64,000 nucleotides of DNA from assembly GCA_963747235.1 (NCBI GenBank), contig CAVVEU010000014.1, forward strand, positions 64,001 to 128,000, in the 5' to 3' direction. Under the pieces are notes generated by a model. The model did no database searches. It had not been told where the DNA came from and worked only from the letters and a program-made list of their open reading frames with translations. A program made the translations under genes and the position numbers. This DNA comes from an uncultured Candidatus Rokubacteria bacterium. GTDB lineage: Bacteria; Methylomirabilota; Methylomirabilia; Rokubacteriales; CSP1-6. Shown here piece by piece: positions 1 through 9,925 of this stretch; position 1 is the stretch's first letter; each line of letters opens with the position of its first letter.

Positions 1-771
1 CTGGAACCACGCGAGGCAGTCCGCGATCCAGCGATCGTGCCAGTACTCGTCGGCGGGGCGCCCGTCCACCGTCTCGTGGGGGTTGACGAAGTACTCGATC
101 TCCATCTGCTCGAACTCGCGCGTCCGGAAGATGAAGTTCCCCGGCGTGATCTCGTTGCGGAACGCCTTGCCGATCTGGCCGATGCCGAAGGGGAGCTTGC
201 GCCGCATGGACTGGAGCACGTTGTCGAAGTTGACGAAGATGCCCTGCGCGGTCTCCGGTCGCAGGTAGGTGACCGACGCGTCCTCTTCCACCGGCCCCAT
301 GAACGTCTTGAACATGAGGTTGAACTGGCGCGGCGGGGTCAGCTCGCCCTTGCCGCAGTCGGGGCACAGGCTCCGCCGCACCTGGCAATGCGAGCACGCC
401 TCCCCGGCGGGGATCGTGAACTTGTTCCCCTTGGTGGCGGGGCAGTAGTGGATCCACGGAATCTCGTCGATCTGGTCGGCGCGGAAGCGATGGCGGCACT
501 CGCGGCAGTCCACCATGGGATCGGTGAAGTGATCCACGTGGCCGCTCGCCTTCCACACGGTGGGATGCATCAGGATGGAGGCGTCGAGGCCCACCATGTC
601 CGCGCGGGCCTGGATGAAGTCGCGCCACCACACCTGCTTGATCTTGTTCTTCAGCTCGACCCCGAGCGGGCCGTAGTCCCAGCACGAGCCGGTGCCACCG
701 TAGATCTCGCTCGACTGGAAGATGAACCCGCGGCGCTTGCAGAGCGAGACGAGCGTTTCCATCGTGACCAT
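1..771 (-). CDS. glyQS: Glycine--tRNA ligase (homodimeric type), 3' end runs off the window
   Basis: Read manually (not in ORF track): [26 protein letters not shown]...[11 protein letters not shown]...[11 protein letters not shown]...[23 protein letters not shown]. Confidence 0.95.
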   Translation of the reverse strand, partial: MVTMETLVSLCKRRGFIFQSSEIYGGTGSCWDYGPLGVELKNKIKQVWWRDFIQARADMVGLDASILMHPTVWKASGHVDHFTDPMVDCRECRHRFRADQIDEIPWIHYCPATKGNKFTIPAGEACSHCQVRRSLCPDCGKGELTPPRQFNLMFKTFMGPVEEDASVTYLRPETAQGIFVNFDNVLQSMRRKLPFGIGQIGKAFRNEITPGNFIFRTREFEQMEIEYFVNPHETVDGRPADEYWHDRWIADCLAWFQ

Positions 772-778
772 GGCGGTC

Positions 779-787
779 AGGATAGCA
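779..787 (-). promoter_or_regulatory. Extended -10 promoter (TGC-TATCCT) 7 nt before glyQS ATG, probably leaderless
   Basis: Minus strand TGCTATCCT-gaccgcc-ATG with no SD. Confidence 0.5.
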
Positions 788-819
788 CAGCGGCGCGAGG
801 GCTCCCCTCGCCCGGCCTT

Positions 820-853
820 CTCACCCGGCCCTCTCCCCAGAGGGGAGAGGGAG
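820..853. repeat. REP-like palindromic repeat, copy 1
   Basis: ctcacccgg CCCTCTCCCC-aga-GGGGAGAGGG; related copies at 13251, 15894, 21856. Confidence 0.75.
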
Positions 854-858
854 AAAGA

Positions 859-1647
859 TCACGGGCGCGGAGGCGTGGGCTCGGACACCAGCGAGAGCGA
901 GCGGCGCGTCTGGGCGAGGAAGCGCGACGACAGCGGATAGCGGCCCATCAGCCGCGCCACCAGGCCCTCCAGGACCGCGATCAGCTCCGCGTCGAGCTCC
1001 GCGGCCAGGTTGAGCCGGAGCGCCTCCTCCCAGGAGAGCGCGCGGAGCCGCGTCAGGGTGCCCAGGAGCGCGCCGGAGAGCGGCATCGCGTCGGCCCCCG
1101 GCCGGCAGCCCGCGCAGACGAGCCCGCCCGCGGTCACGTCGAGGGCCGCGTCGGGGAACGGGGCGGGCCGCCCGCACGCCACGCAGCGGTCGAGCCGGGG
1201 GCGATGCCCGAGCAGATCCACCGCCCGCAGGCCGAAGCACACCGAGACCCGCGCGGGGCGACGGGTCAGCTCCAGCGCGGCGAGCGCCCGGACCAGCAGG
1301 GCGAAGAGGGCCGGATGGGGATCGCGGTCGGCCGAGAGGCGCGCGACCATCTCCACCGCCCACGCGCCCTGGCCGAGGCGCTCCAGGTTCTCCCGCACCT
1401 TCACGAACGGGCGCACGATGTCGAAGTGATCCACCTGGACCAGATCGCTCCGCCCGCCGTCGAAGAACACCATCTCGCCGAGCGTGAACAGCTCGAGCGC
1501 GCTCCCGAAGCGCGACCGGGTCCGGCGGGCCGCGCGGGCGATGCCCCGCACCTTGCCGTACTCGCGGGTGTAGAAGTCCACGAGGCGGTCGCTCTCCCCG
1601 AAGGCGCGCCGCCCGATCACCACCGCGCGGGTCTTGTGGAGCGGCAT
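859..1647 (-). CDS. recO: DNA repair protein RecO
   Basis: GESDRLVDFYTREYGKV OB-fold, CVAC...CAGC zinc motif, era-recO synteny. Confidence 0.95.
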   Translation of the reverse strand: MPLHKTRAVVIGRRAFGESDRLVDFYTREYGKVRGIARAARRTRSRFGSALELFTLGEMVFFDGGRSDLVQVDHFDIVRPFVKVRENLERLGQGAWAVEMVARLSADRDPHPALFALLVRALAALELTRRPARVSVCFGLRAVDLLGHRPRLDRCVACGRPAPFPDAALDVTAGGLVCAGCRPGADAMPLSGALLGTLTRLRALSWEEALRLNLAAELDAELIAVLEGLVARLMGRYPLSSRFLAQTRRSLSLVSEPTPPRP

Positions 1648-1648
1648 G

Positions 1649-2554
1649 TCAGGACGTGAGGAGGAAGCCGAACTCCCGGAGCGCCTTGTCGTCCTTGCGC
1701 CAGTCCGAGCGCACGCGCACGGTGAGATCCAGGTAGACCTTGATGCCGAAGAACCGCTCGAGATCGGTCCGGGCCGCGCCCCCGATGCGCTTGAGCATCG
1801 TCGCGCCCTTGCCGATCACGATCCCGCGCTGGGACTCGCGCTCCACGAAGATGATGGCGCGGATGTACAGGCACTCGGGGCGGTGGCGCTCGGTCAGCTC
1901 CTCCACCCGCACCGCGCAGGCGTAGGGTACCTCCTGGTGGGTGAGCCGGAAGATCTTCTCCCGGATCGCCTCCGCCACCCAGAACGTCTCCGGCTGATCG
2001 GTGAGCGCGTCGGGCGGGAAGTAGGCCGGGCGCTCGGGCAAAGCCGCCACGATCAGGTCGAGCAGGCGGTCACAGTGCTCGCCGCGCTCGGCCGACAGCG
2101 GGACGATCTCCGCGAACGGATAGGCCACCCGGTAGGCCGCGATCAGCGGGAGCAGGCGCGCCTTGGGGCTCACCAGGTCGGTCTTGTTGAGGCAGCAGTA
2201 GACCGGCGCGCGGCAGGCCTTGAGCCGGTCGAGCGCGTCGCGGTCGAGGCGCGCCGGGTCCTCGGTCGCCTCGGCCACGAAGCAGGCGAGATCCACGTCC
2301 TCCACCGCGCGGTCCGCCGTCCTGGACATGAGCTGGCCGAGGCGCCCGGCCCCCGCGTGCAGCCCCGGCGTGTCCACGAAGATGATCTGGGCGCCGGGCA
2401 GATGGCGGATCCCGGTGATGCGGGTGCGCGTCGTCTGGGGGCGCGGCGAGACGATGGCCATCTTCTCGCCGACCAGGCGGTTGAGCAGAGTGGACTTGCC
2501 CACGTTGGGCCGCCCGACGAGGGCCACGAAGCCCGCCCGGTGCGGAGACGCCAT
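1649..2554 (-). CDS. era: GTPase Era
   Basis: GRPNVGKS, DTPG, NKTD motifs, KH domain VIGKGA. Confidence 0.97.
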   Translation of the reverse strand: MASPHRAGFVALVGRPNVGKSTLLNRLVGEKMAIVSPRPQTTRTRITGIRHLPGAQIIFVDTPGLHAGAGRLGQLMSRTADRAVEDVDLACFVAEATEDPARLDRDALDRLKACRAPVYCCLNKTDLVSPKARLLPLIAAYRVAYPFAEIVPLSAERGEHCDRLLDLIVAALPERPAYFPPDALTDQPETFWVAEAIREKIFRLTHQEVPYACAVRVEELTERHRPECLYIRAIIFVERESQRGIVIGKGATMLKRIGGAARTDLERFFGIKVYLDLTVRVRSDWRKDDKALREFGFLLTS

Positions 2555-3030
2555 CAGGCCTCGAGGAGCCCGGCCCAGAGCCGCGCGGGGATCGAGCGCG
2601 GCGATCTGGAGCCGGGTGGGCCGGCCAGGATCGCGCGCGCTCGCTCGTGCATCCGGCGAGCCTGGCGCGGCTCGTGATCGTCGTAGCCGGCCAGGTGCAG
2701 CAGCCCGTGCACGACCAGCAGGTCCAGCTCGGTGGCCAGCGGCACCCCGAGCCGGCGCGCCTGGCGCGCCGCCGTCTCCACGGACACGATCACCTCGCCC
2801 CAGAGCCGGCCCGGACCGGGGCCGGCCAGGTCGAACGCGAGCACGTCGGTGGCCCGCCGGATGCCGAGGTAGCGCGTGTTGAGCGCCCGGATGCGCCGGT
2901 CGTCCACCACCGTCACGTGGACCTCACGGTCGGCCCGGCCGAGCGCGGCGAGGGCGCGGCGGGCCACCGTGCGCAGACGCTCGGATGAGACGCGGGTCCT
3001 CCGCTGCAGATTGGAGACCGCGACCGGCAC
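2554..3030 (-). CDS. ybeY: rRNA maturation endonuclease YbeY
   Basis: TDVLAF and HGLLHLAGYDD motifs. Confidence 0.95.
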   Translation of the reverse strand: MPVAVSNLQRRTRVSSERLRTVARRALAALGRADREVHVTVVDDRRIRALNTRYLGIRRATDVLAFDLAGPGPGRLWGEVIVSVETAARQARRLGVPLATELDLLVVHGLLHLAGYDDHEPRQARRMHERARAILAGPPGSRSPRSIPARLWAGLLEA

Positions 3031-3044
3031 GGGCGGGCCGGACC

Positions 3045-4031
3045 TCAGCCCGCTCCGCGCGACGACGGCTTCTGGACCCGATCGTAGGCGCGCACGATGG
3101 AGGAGACGAGGTCGTGGCGCACGACGTCGCGGTCGTCGAAGTAGATGAAGCGGATGCCGTCGATCCCCTGCAGCACCGTCTGCACCTCGATCAGCCCCGA
3201 CGGGCGGCTGGCGGGCAGGTCCACCTGCGTGATGTCGCCGGTGACCACCATCTTGGAGTTGAAGCCCAGCCGGGTCAGGAACATCTTCATCTGCTCGGAG
3301 GTGGTGTTCTGGGCCTCGTCGAGGATGATGAAGGCGTCGTTGAGCGTACGCCCGCGCATGTAGGCGAGCGGCGCGATCTCGATGGCGCCCTTCTCGGAGA
3401 GCGCGCTCACCTTCTCGGGCTCGAGCATGTCGTAGAGCGCGTCGTAGAGCGGGCGGAGATAGGGGTGCACCTTCTCCACGAGATCGCCGGGAAGGAACCC
3501 CAGGCGCTCCCCCGCCTCCACCGCCGGCCGCGTGAGCACGATGCGCGCGACCTCGCGCTTCAGCAGGGCGGAGATCGCCATGGCGACCGCCAGGTACGAT
3601 TTCCCGGTCCCGGCCGGGCCGATCGCGATGACCAGGTCGTGCCCGCGCACCGCTTCCAGGTAGCGCTTCTGGTTCGCGGTCTTCGGGGTGATGAAGCGGC
3701 GCCGCGAGGGCACCGAGATGGCGTCGGCCAGCACCGACTTGACGTCCGCGCCCGGCTCGTTCCCCGCGATGCGCAGGGCCGAACGGATGTCGGCCGCGCC
3801 GAGCGTGGGCCGCTCCCGGAGCATGGCCACCAGCTCGCGCATGACCCGCTCGACCTCGATTACCTGCCGCTCTTCTCCACGAAGAGTCACGTCGTGGCCG
3901 CGCGCGGTGATGCGCACGTCGTACTGCGTTTCGAGCTGGCGCAGGTGCTCGTCGTGACGGCCGAGAAGGGCGAGGTGATTGAGGTCCGGAGGCAGGACGA
4001 TCCGCCGGGTGACGCCGGTGGCTTCAGTCAA
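3045..4031 (-). CDS. phoH: PhoH family ATPase
   Basis: GPAGTGKS, RPAVEAGERLGFLPG, YMRGRTL, DEAQN. Confidence 0.95.
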   Translation of the reverse strand: MTEATGVTRRIVLPPDLNHLALLGRHDEHLRQLETQYDVRITARGHDVTLRGEERQVIEVERVMRELVAMLRERPTLGAADIRSALRIAGNEPGADVKSVLADAISVPSRRRFITPKTANQKRYLEAVRGHDLVIAIGPAGTGKSYLAVAMAISALLKREVARIVLTRPAVEAGERLGFLPGDLVEKVHPYLRPLYDALYDMLEPEKVSALSEKGAIEIAPLAYMRGRTLNDAFIILDEAQNTTSEQMKMFLTRLGFNSKMVVTGDITQVDLPASRPSGLIEVQTVLQGIDGIRFIYFDDRDVVRHDLVSSIVRAYDRVQKPSSRGAG

Positions 4032-4061
4032 CGAAGGCTCATTCCTTTGCCCGGGAGCATA

Positions 4062-5851
4062 TCACGGGGATCCGAGCCCTTCCACGAGGCGGATCCCGAG
4101 CTCGCGGAGCTGCTTGGGGTCCACCGGAGCGGGCGCGTCGGTGAGCGGGCAGGTGCCCTTCTGGGTCTTGGGGAAGGCGATGACCTCCCGGATGGACTCC
4201 TGCCCCACCATGTTGGCGGCGAGGCGGTCCAGGCCGAAGGCGATCCCGCCCATGGGCGGCGCGCCGAACTCGAGCGCCTCCAGGAGGAAGCCGAAGCGCG
4301 CCCGGGCGTCGTCCTTCGAGATGCCGATCAGGCCGAAGACGCGCTCCTGGACCGCGGGCTGATGGATGCGGATGGAGCCGCCCGCCGCTTCCTGGCCGTT
4401 CAGCACGAGATCGTAGGCCTTGGCGCGGGCGCGGCCCGGGTCGGATTCGAGCAGGGGGAGGTCCTCGTCGCGGGGCGCGGTGAAGGGATGGTGGACCGCG
4501 TCCCACCGCTTCTCGTCGGCGTTCCACTCCACCAGGGGAAAATCGATGATCCAGGCGAAGACGTCGCGATCGGTCGGGATCAGGTTGAACCGGCGCGCCA
4601 GGTCCACGCGCAGGCGCCCCAGCACGGTGGCCGCGACGGCGGGCGTGTCGGCCACCAGCAGCAGCAGGTCGCCCGTGGCCCCCTCGAGCGTCTCGAGGAG
4701 CCGTGCCTGGATGGCCTGGATGAACTTGGCCACCGGGGACTGAATCCCATCCGCGTTCACCTTGATCCAGACCAGCCCCTTGGCGCCGGCCTGCTTCGCC
4801 TCCGCGGTGAGATCGTCGAGCTCCTTGCGGCTCATGCCGCCCGCGCCGGGCACGCAGAGGCCCTTCACCGCGCCGCCGGCGGCCACCGTCTGGGCGAAGG
4901 CCTGGAACTCGCCGCCCGCGAACAGGGCCGAGCAATCCTGGAGCTCCAACCCGAAGCGCAGATCGGGCTTGTCCGAGCCGTAGCGGGCCATCGCCTCGTC
5001 GTACGGGATGCGCGGGAACGGCCGCTCGAGCTCCACGCCCTTCACGCGCCGCCACATCTCGGCCACCAGCCCCTCGATGATGGGCAGGAAATCGTCCCGG
5101 TCGAGGAACGACGTCTCGATGTCGATCTGGGTGAACTCGGGCTGGCGGTCCTTGCGGAGATCCTCGTCGCGGAAGCAGCGCACGATCTGGAAGTAGCGCT
5201 CGAAGCCCGCCACCATCAGGAGCTGCTTGAAGAGCTGCGGCGACTGCGGGCAGCGCGTAGAAGCTGCCCGGGCTGCAGGCGGCTCGGCACCAGGAAGTCG
5301 CGCGCGCCCTCCGGGGTCGAGCGCGTCAGGAACGGCGTCTCGACCTCGAGGAACGCCTCGGCGTGGAGATAGTCGCGCGCGGCCCGGCAGATCTGATCGC
5401 GGATCTGGAAGGCGCGCAGGACGTGCGGCCGCCGCATGTCGAGGTACCGGTACTTGAGCCGCAGCGTCTCGTCGATCTCCGCGTCGTCGTCGAGCTGGAA
5501 CGGCAGCGGCCGCGATTCGTTGAGGATGCGCACCTCGGAGACCTGGACCTCGACGCCCCCGGTGGCCAGCTTCGGGTTCTCGGTGCCGGGCGGACGCGCC
5601 GACACCGTCCCGCGCACCGCCAGCACGAACTCGGTCCGCACCGCCTCCGCCTTGGCGTGCGTCCCGCCGCCGGCGCCGGGGTTGAACACGCACTGGGTGA
5701 GGCCTTCCCGATCGCGCAGGTCGATGAAGAGGAGGCCCCCATGGTCCCGGCGGCGATACGCCCAGCCCATCAGCGTGACCGCCTGCCCGACGTGCTCGCT
5801 CCGCAGCGCGCCGCAGCTATGGGTCCGCCGCCAGCCGCCCAGGCTCTCCAT
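4062..5851 (-). CDS. aspS: Aspartate--tRNA(Asp/Asn) ligase, frameshift near 5260 (likely sequencing error)
   Basis: N-half RTHSCG...RRDHGG...[14 protein letters not shown] in one frame, C-half [12 protein letters not shown]...GGSIRIH...FPKTQ in another; RRDHGG His suggests the non-discriminating type. Confidence 0.93.
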
Positions 5852-7164
5852 CACGCGCTCGTCTCCCCCGCCCCGCCCGCGCGCGGCTCGCGCCACTCCA
5901 CCGCGCCATCGGCCCCCAGCACGCCGATCTTCCGGTACCCGCGGGCCTCGAGGTCCTGGAGCTGCTTGCCGAGCCGCTTGGCCCGCGCCTCCAGGAGCAC
6001 CTGCTTGCCCTGCTCCCGCAGGTCGCGGGCAAGGGCGAGCACGGGTCCGAGGGCGGCCTCGGCCTCGTCGAAGACCAGCACCACGCGCTCGCCGTCCGCC
6101 TCGGCCGCCGGCCCGCGCTCCAGGAGGAGCGAGATCACACGCTCGAACCCGATCGAGAAGCCGGTGGCGGGAACGTCCCGCCCGATGAACTTGCCGACCA
6201 TCCGGTCGTAGCGCCCACCCCCCGCGATCGACGCGGTGCCTCCGCCGTGCTGTACCTCGAAGATGGGCCCGGTGTAGTAGCCCATCCCGCGCACGAGCGT
6301 GGCGTCGAACATGAGCCGGAAGCGGCCGGCCGCCTGCGTCTCGACCGTGTCGAGGATGCGCTGCAGGCCGTGCCACACCCCGTCGTCCACGCGCGCGCCG
6401 AGGAGCGTGCGCAGCGCGGCCGGCGTGGCGCTCGAGGCCAGCAGGTCCAGCATGCGGTTCACCGCATCGGCGGCGTGCCCGGCCTCCCGCAGCTCGGCCG
6501 CCACGCCGTCCCGGCCGATCTTGTCGAGCTTGTCGAGCCCGATGAACACCGAGCCCGCCCGCGCCGGATCGAACCCGCAGTGGGCGACCAGGCCCCCGAG
6601 GAGGCGCCGGTCATTGATCCGTACCGTGAGGTCCTTGAGCCCCAGCGCGGCGAGCGCCTCGGTGGTGGCCAGGATCAGCTCGATCTCCGCCACCTCGGAC
6701 GCCACCCCCAGGATATCGATGTCGCACTGGGTGAACTGCCGGTAGCGGCCCTGCTGCGGCCGCTCCGCCCGCCACACCGGCCCGATCTGGATGGCCTTGA
6801 GCGGCTGGGGGAGCTTCGCGAGATTGTGCGCGTAGTAGCGGACGAGCGGCACCGTGAGATCGAACCGCAGGCCCAGGTCGGCCAGGTCCTCCGCGCCGCC
6901 CGCCGCCGCGAGCTTCTCACCGCGCTTCAGGATCTTGTAGATCAGCTTCTCGTTCTCGCCGCCGTCGCTCCGGAGCAGCAGGCGGAGGCTCTCCACCGCG
7001 GGCGTCTCGATGCGGACGAAGCCGTGGCGCCGGTAGACGGTGAGGATCTGGGCCATGGCCCAGTCGCGCACCGCGACTTCCTCGGGGAGCACGTCCCGCA
7101 TGCCGCGGGGCGGCGAGGCATCGAGCCGGGGCTCGCGCCGTTGACTCTCTTCCGGGATCGCCAG
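5851..7164 (-). CDS. hisS: Histidine--tRNA ligase (start possibly CTG at 7164; first ATG at 7101)
   Basis: PPRGMRD, LRFDLTVPL, WRAERPQQGRYRQFTQCD, RGMGYYTG, GGGRYD. Confidence 0.95.
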   Translation of the reverse strand: MAIPEESQRREPRLDASPPRGMRDVLPEEVAVRDWAMAQILTVYRRHGFVRIETPAVESLRLLLRSDGGENEKLIYKILKRGEKLAAAGGAEDLADLGLRFDLTVPLVRYYAHNLAKLPQPLKAIQIGPVWRAERPQQGRYRQFTQCDIDILGVASEVAEIELILATTEALAALGLKDLTVRINDRRLLGGLVAHCGFDPARAGSVFIGLDKLDKIGRDGVAAELREAGHAADAVNRMLDLLASSATPAALRTLLGARVDDGVWHGLQRILDTVETQAAGRFRLMFDATLVRGMGYYTGPIFEVQHGGGTASIAGGGRYDRMVGKFIGRDVPATGFSIGFERVISLLLERGPAAEADGERVVLVFDEAEAALGPVLALARDLREQGKQVLLEARAKRLGKQLQDLEARGYRKIGVLGADGAVEWREPRAGGAGETSA

Positions 7165-7171
7165 GGGGGAC

Positions 7172-9061
7172 CTAGTCTTGAGGCACGGTCATGATGATCT
7201 GCGTCTCGCCGCCCGCCTTCAGGAGGACGTTGTTGTACCGGACCACGGCGGCCATGATCGTCGGCTGGGCGGAGTCCTCGGTCTTGTAGGCGCCGAGACA
7301 GGTGATGCCGCCCTCGAAGCCCGAGTTGATGGACTGCAGCCGGAAGCCGGCCGGTCCCTTGAAGACCACCGCGAGCAGGCCTTCCCGCACCAGGTTCTGG
7401 GGCACGATCAGCTCGTCCACCCCGTCCCCGTCGAGGTCCACCGCGAGCGGGGTCGGCTCGATCTTGAAGAACTTGCTGCGGTCCGTCCGCGAGCTCACCG
7501 TCGCCCCGACCAGCTCGACCGTCATGTAGCCGCCGCCGACCGAGGTGGAGGAGCGCCACAGCTCCTCGCCCTCGTTCACGATCTGCAGCCGGTTGAACTC
7601 GTCGATGAGGGCGAGCGACCGCGTGTCCTTGCCCATCACGTTGGAGAAGGCGGCACCCATCGGCCGGAAGGAGCTGGACACGCGCAACGTCTTGTCGGCG
7701 ACGAGCTTGCCGTTCTTCAGGATCATCTGGTCGGCCTGGCCCGGCGTGAAGAAGTTCTCGGAGCTGTAGCGCTGGGTCCACAGCGTCTGCTTCACGCCCT
7801 CACCCTTGAGGTCCACCGCGAACAGGAAGTCGGACACGTACTCGACCATCGTGAACGGCTTGCCGTCCCGCGAGGAGATGACGAACCCGTTGAGCCCGAC
7901 CCTCGGCGCGTACCGGTTGCCGATGACCTCGAGGTTGCCGTCGCCGTCGAGATCCGCGAGCTGCAGGGAGAGCACGCGCCCCAGGCTGCGCACCGACCGG
8001 CTCCACTCCGGCTCGACCTTCTGATCCACGATCCGGTACATGTAGATCTGGTCGCCGTCGCTCACCACCATGCGGGGGATCTTGTCCTTCGGAGCGACCG
8101 CGAGATCCATGGCCAGCACCGGGAACTTGAACTTGGCCACCTCGCGCAGCGGCAGCGAGTTCTCGCCGGTCGAGTAGCTGCCCGCCTCGAGCTCCCCGCC
8201 CAGGAGCCGCTGCAGGAGCGAGCGGGGCTTGGCCTGGGGCGGGTTCGCGGGGCCGCCCTGCGAGAACCGGGGGCCGGGATTGGCGGCCCGCAGGGTCGAG
8301 GGAGGCACGAAGAACGAGGTCGTGACCGCGGCGTCCGCGCGGGGGGCCGCGAAGAACCGCACGTCCATGAAGGGCCGGCCCTGGACCCGCGTGAAGTGGA
8401 CGGCCAGGATATTGTCCGCCTTGAAGCGCTCGGCGGCCTCGCGGACACCCTTGCCGGCGAGGAAATCGGCGGCGGTCAGGCGCTGCTGGGCGAGGAACAC
8501 GTTGATCGTGTCGCCCATGGTCACCTTGAACCGCCCGGTGGCGGCCAGCCGCTCCACCAGCTCCTGGGTCGCGGTCTCGACCAGGGTCTCTCTCAGGCTT
8601 CCCAGGAGGGGCAGGAGCACGATGCCGACCTTGCCGGAGGAGACCCGGAACCGGTCGCCCGCCTTGATCTCGACACCCGCCGGCGGTGTCGCCACCGCGA
8701 AGCCCTCCTGCGCCTGGGTGATCCGGGCGAGGCCCAGCGCATCCTCGGCGCGCCCCAGCAGCTCACCGGTCCGCGGGTGCTTGATCTCCCGTCCCTCGCG
8801 GAAGAGCTCCACGTCCAGGCCCGGCCGTGCGCCGGCCTTCGCGCCCGCGTTGAGCGTCAGCGCCCCGGGCCGGACCTCGAGCACCTCGCCCTCGAACTTG
8901 GGGAAGAGATCCAGGAGCTGCTCCACCAGGGCGGTCATCGGGGCCGAGCTCGCGGGACCGGGGGGCGGCGCCGATGCGGCCGGCGACTGGGCCGAGGCGC
9001 TCCCCGCCGCGAAGACGGCCAGGAGGAGCAGCGGTGCGATGTCGCGAAGACGTCTGCCCAT
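7172..9061 (-). CDS. Exported protein: FlgT-C-like domain, alpha/beta domain and C-terminal FG-GAP/VCBS beta-propeller
   Basis: Signal peptide MGRRLRDIAPLLLLAVFAAGSASAQ; IKHPRTGELLG; DLDGDGNLE and DLDGDGVDE Ca-binding repeats. Confidence 0.75.
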   Translation of the reverse strand: MGRRLRDIAPLLLLAVFAAGSASAQSPAASAPPPGPASSAPMTALVEQLLDLFPKFEGEVLEVRPGALTLNAGAKAGARPGLDVELFREGREIKHPRTGELLGRAEDALGLARITQAQEGFAVATPPAGVEIKAGDRFRVSSGKVGIVLLPLLGSLRETLVETATQELVERLAATGRFKVTMGDTINVFLAQQRLTAADFLAGKGVREAAERFKADNILAVHFTRVQGRPFMDVRFFAAPRADAAVTTSFFVPPSTLRAANPGPRFSQGGPANPPQAKPRSLLQRLLGGELEAGSYSTGENSLPLREVAKFKFPVLAMDLAVAPKDKIPRMVVSDGDQIYMYRIVDQKVEPEWSRSVRSLGRVLSLQLADLDGDGNLEVIGNRYAPRVGLNGFVISSRDGKPFTMVEYVSDFLFAVDLKGEGVKQTLWTQRYSSENFFTPGQADQMILKNGKLVADKTLRVSSSFRPMGAAFSNVMGKDTRSLALIDEFNRLQIVNEGEELWRSSTSVGGGYMTVELVGATVSSRTDRSKFFKIEPTPLAVDLDGDGVDELIVPQNLVREGLLAVVFKGPAGFRLQSINSGFEGGITCLGAYKTEDSAQPTIMAAVVRYNNVLLKAGGETQIIMTVPQD

Positions 9062-9822
9062 CAATCCCTCGGCGAGGCTCCCTCGAGGTTGGATCGGTCG
9101 GCGCCCCGCCGACGCTCCCAGGCCACCACGGCCTTGAAGGTCGTCGCCTGCGGCGGGTGCTGGACGACGATGTAGACCCAGTCCGCGAACGACGGGTTCG
9201 AGCTCTCTCCGACGATGGCGGCAATCCCCTGTCCGAGCGCGGTGGACCGGGACAGATAGCGGTCCCACAGGACGGGCCCCCGGCTCCTCGTAGAACCGCA
9301 CGAAGTCGAGCGGGTAGGTCACCGCGGTCTGCGGGGCCGGCGAGCCGGTCACGCGATACGGCAGGTAGTGGCGAAGCGTCGGCGGACTCGCCCGCCGCGA
9401 CCGGCACCCCCTGGAGCGCGACGTGCACCACTTCCTGGGTCCGGGTCGTCGTCGGGGCGATCACCCACACGCTCCGCTCACCCGGATTGCCCACCCAGAC
9501 CACCTCGTCCCACCGCCGGGCCCCCTCCGCCGGCTTGATCTCGGCGATCACCTTGACGGCCCGGAATGACCCGGCCAGGGCCTCCCAGCCGTAGCGGAAG
9601 GTGCGATCGGTCAGCATGGCCCCACTCGGGACCCGCTCCGAGTCCAGCGCCCGTCCCAGGCGCTCCATGACCAGATCGCCCGCGCCCGTGCCGAGGGGCC
9701 CGTCGAAGTAGTGGACGAAGCTCTCTCGGTAGAGATTGGCGACCTGGAGCCGGTACTCGGCGGCCGCGGCCGGGACCTGCGAGGCCCAGGATCAAGGCCG
9801 CGCTCAGGAGAGCCTTCCACAT
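9061..9822 (-). CDS. Exported hypothetical protein (several frameshifts)
   Basis: Signal peptide MWKALLSAALILGLAGP, continues AEYRLQVANLYRESF...WDEVVWVG...YPLDFVRFYEE...FKAVVAWERR; stop overlaps start of next gene. Confidence 0.6.
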
Positions 9823-9829
9823 GAGCGTG

Positions 9830-9858
9830 ACTATACGTCGCCTCCCGGGTGGCGGCAA
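9830..9858 (-). promoter_or_regulatory. sigma70-type promoter TTGCCG-17-TATAGT, 7 nt before ATG (leaderless)
   Basis: Hexamers and spacing read directly from the sequence. Confidence 0.6.
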
Positions 9859-9867
9859 GAAACCCTG

Positions 9868-9904
9868 AAAAGACAACGGGCCCGGGGGTTGCCCCCCGGG
9901 CCCG
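9868..9904 (-). terminator. Intrinsic terminator of the porin gene
   Basis: CGGGCCCGGGGG-loop-CCCCCGGGCCCG stem followed by TTGTCTTTT on the minus strand. Confidence 0.8.
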
Positions 9905-9925
9905 AAGCTCCTGCGGTCTCGCGTG

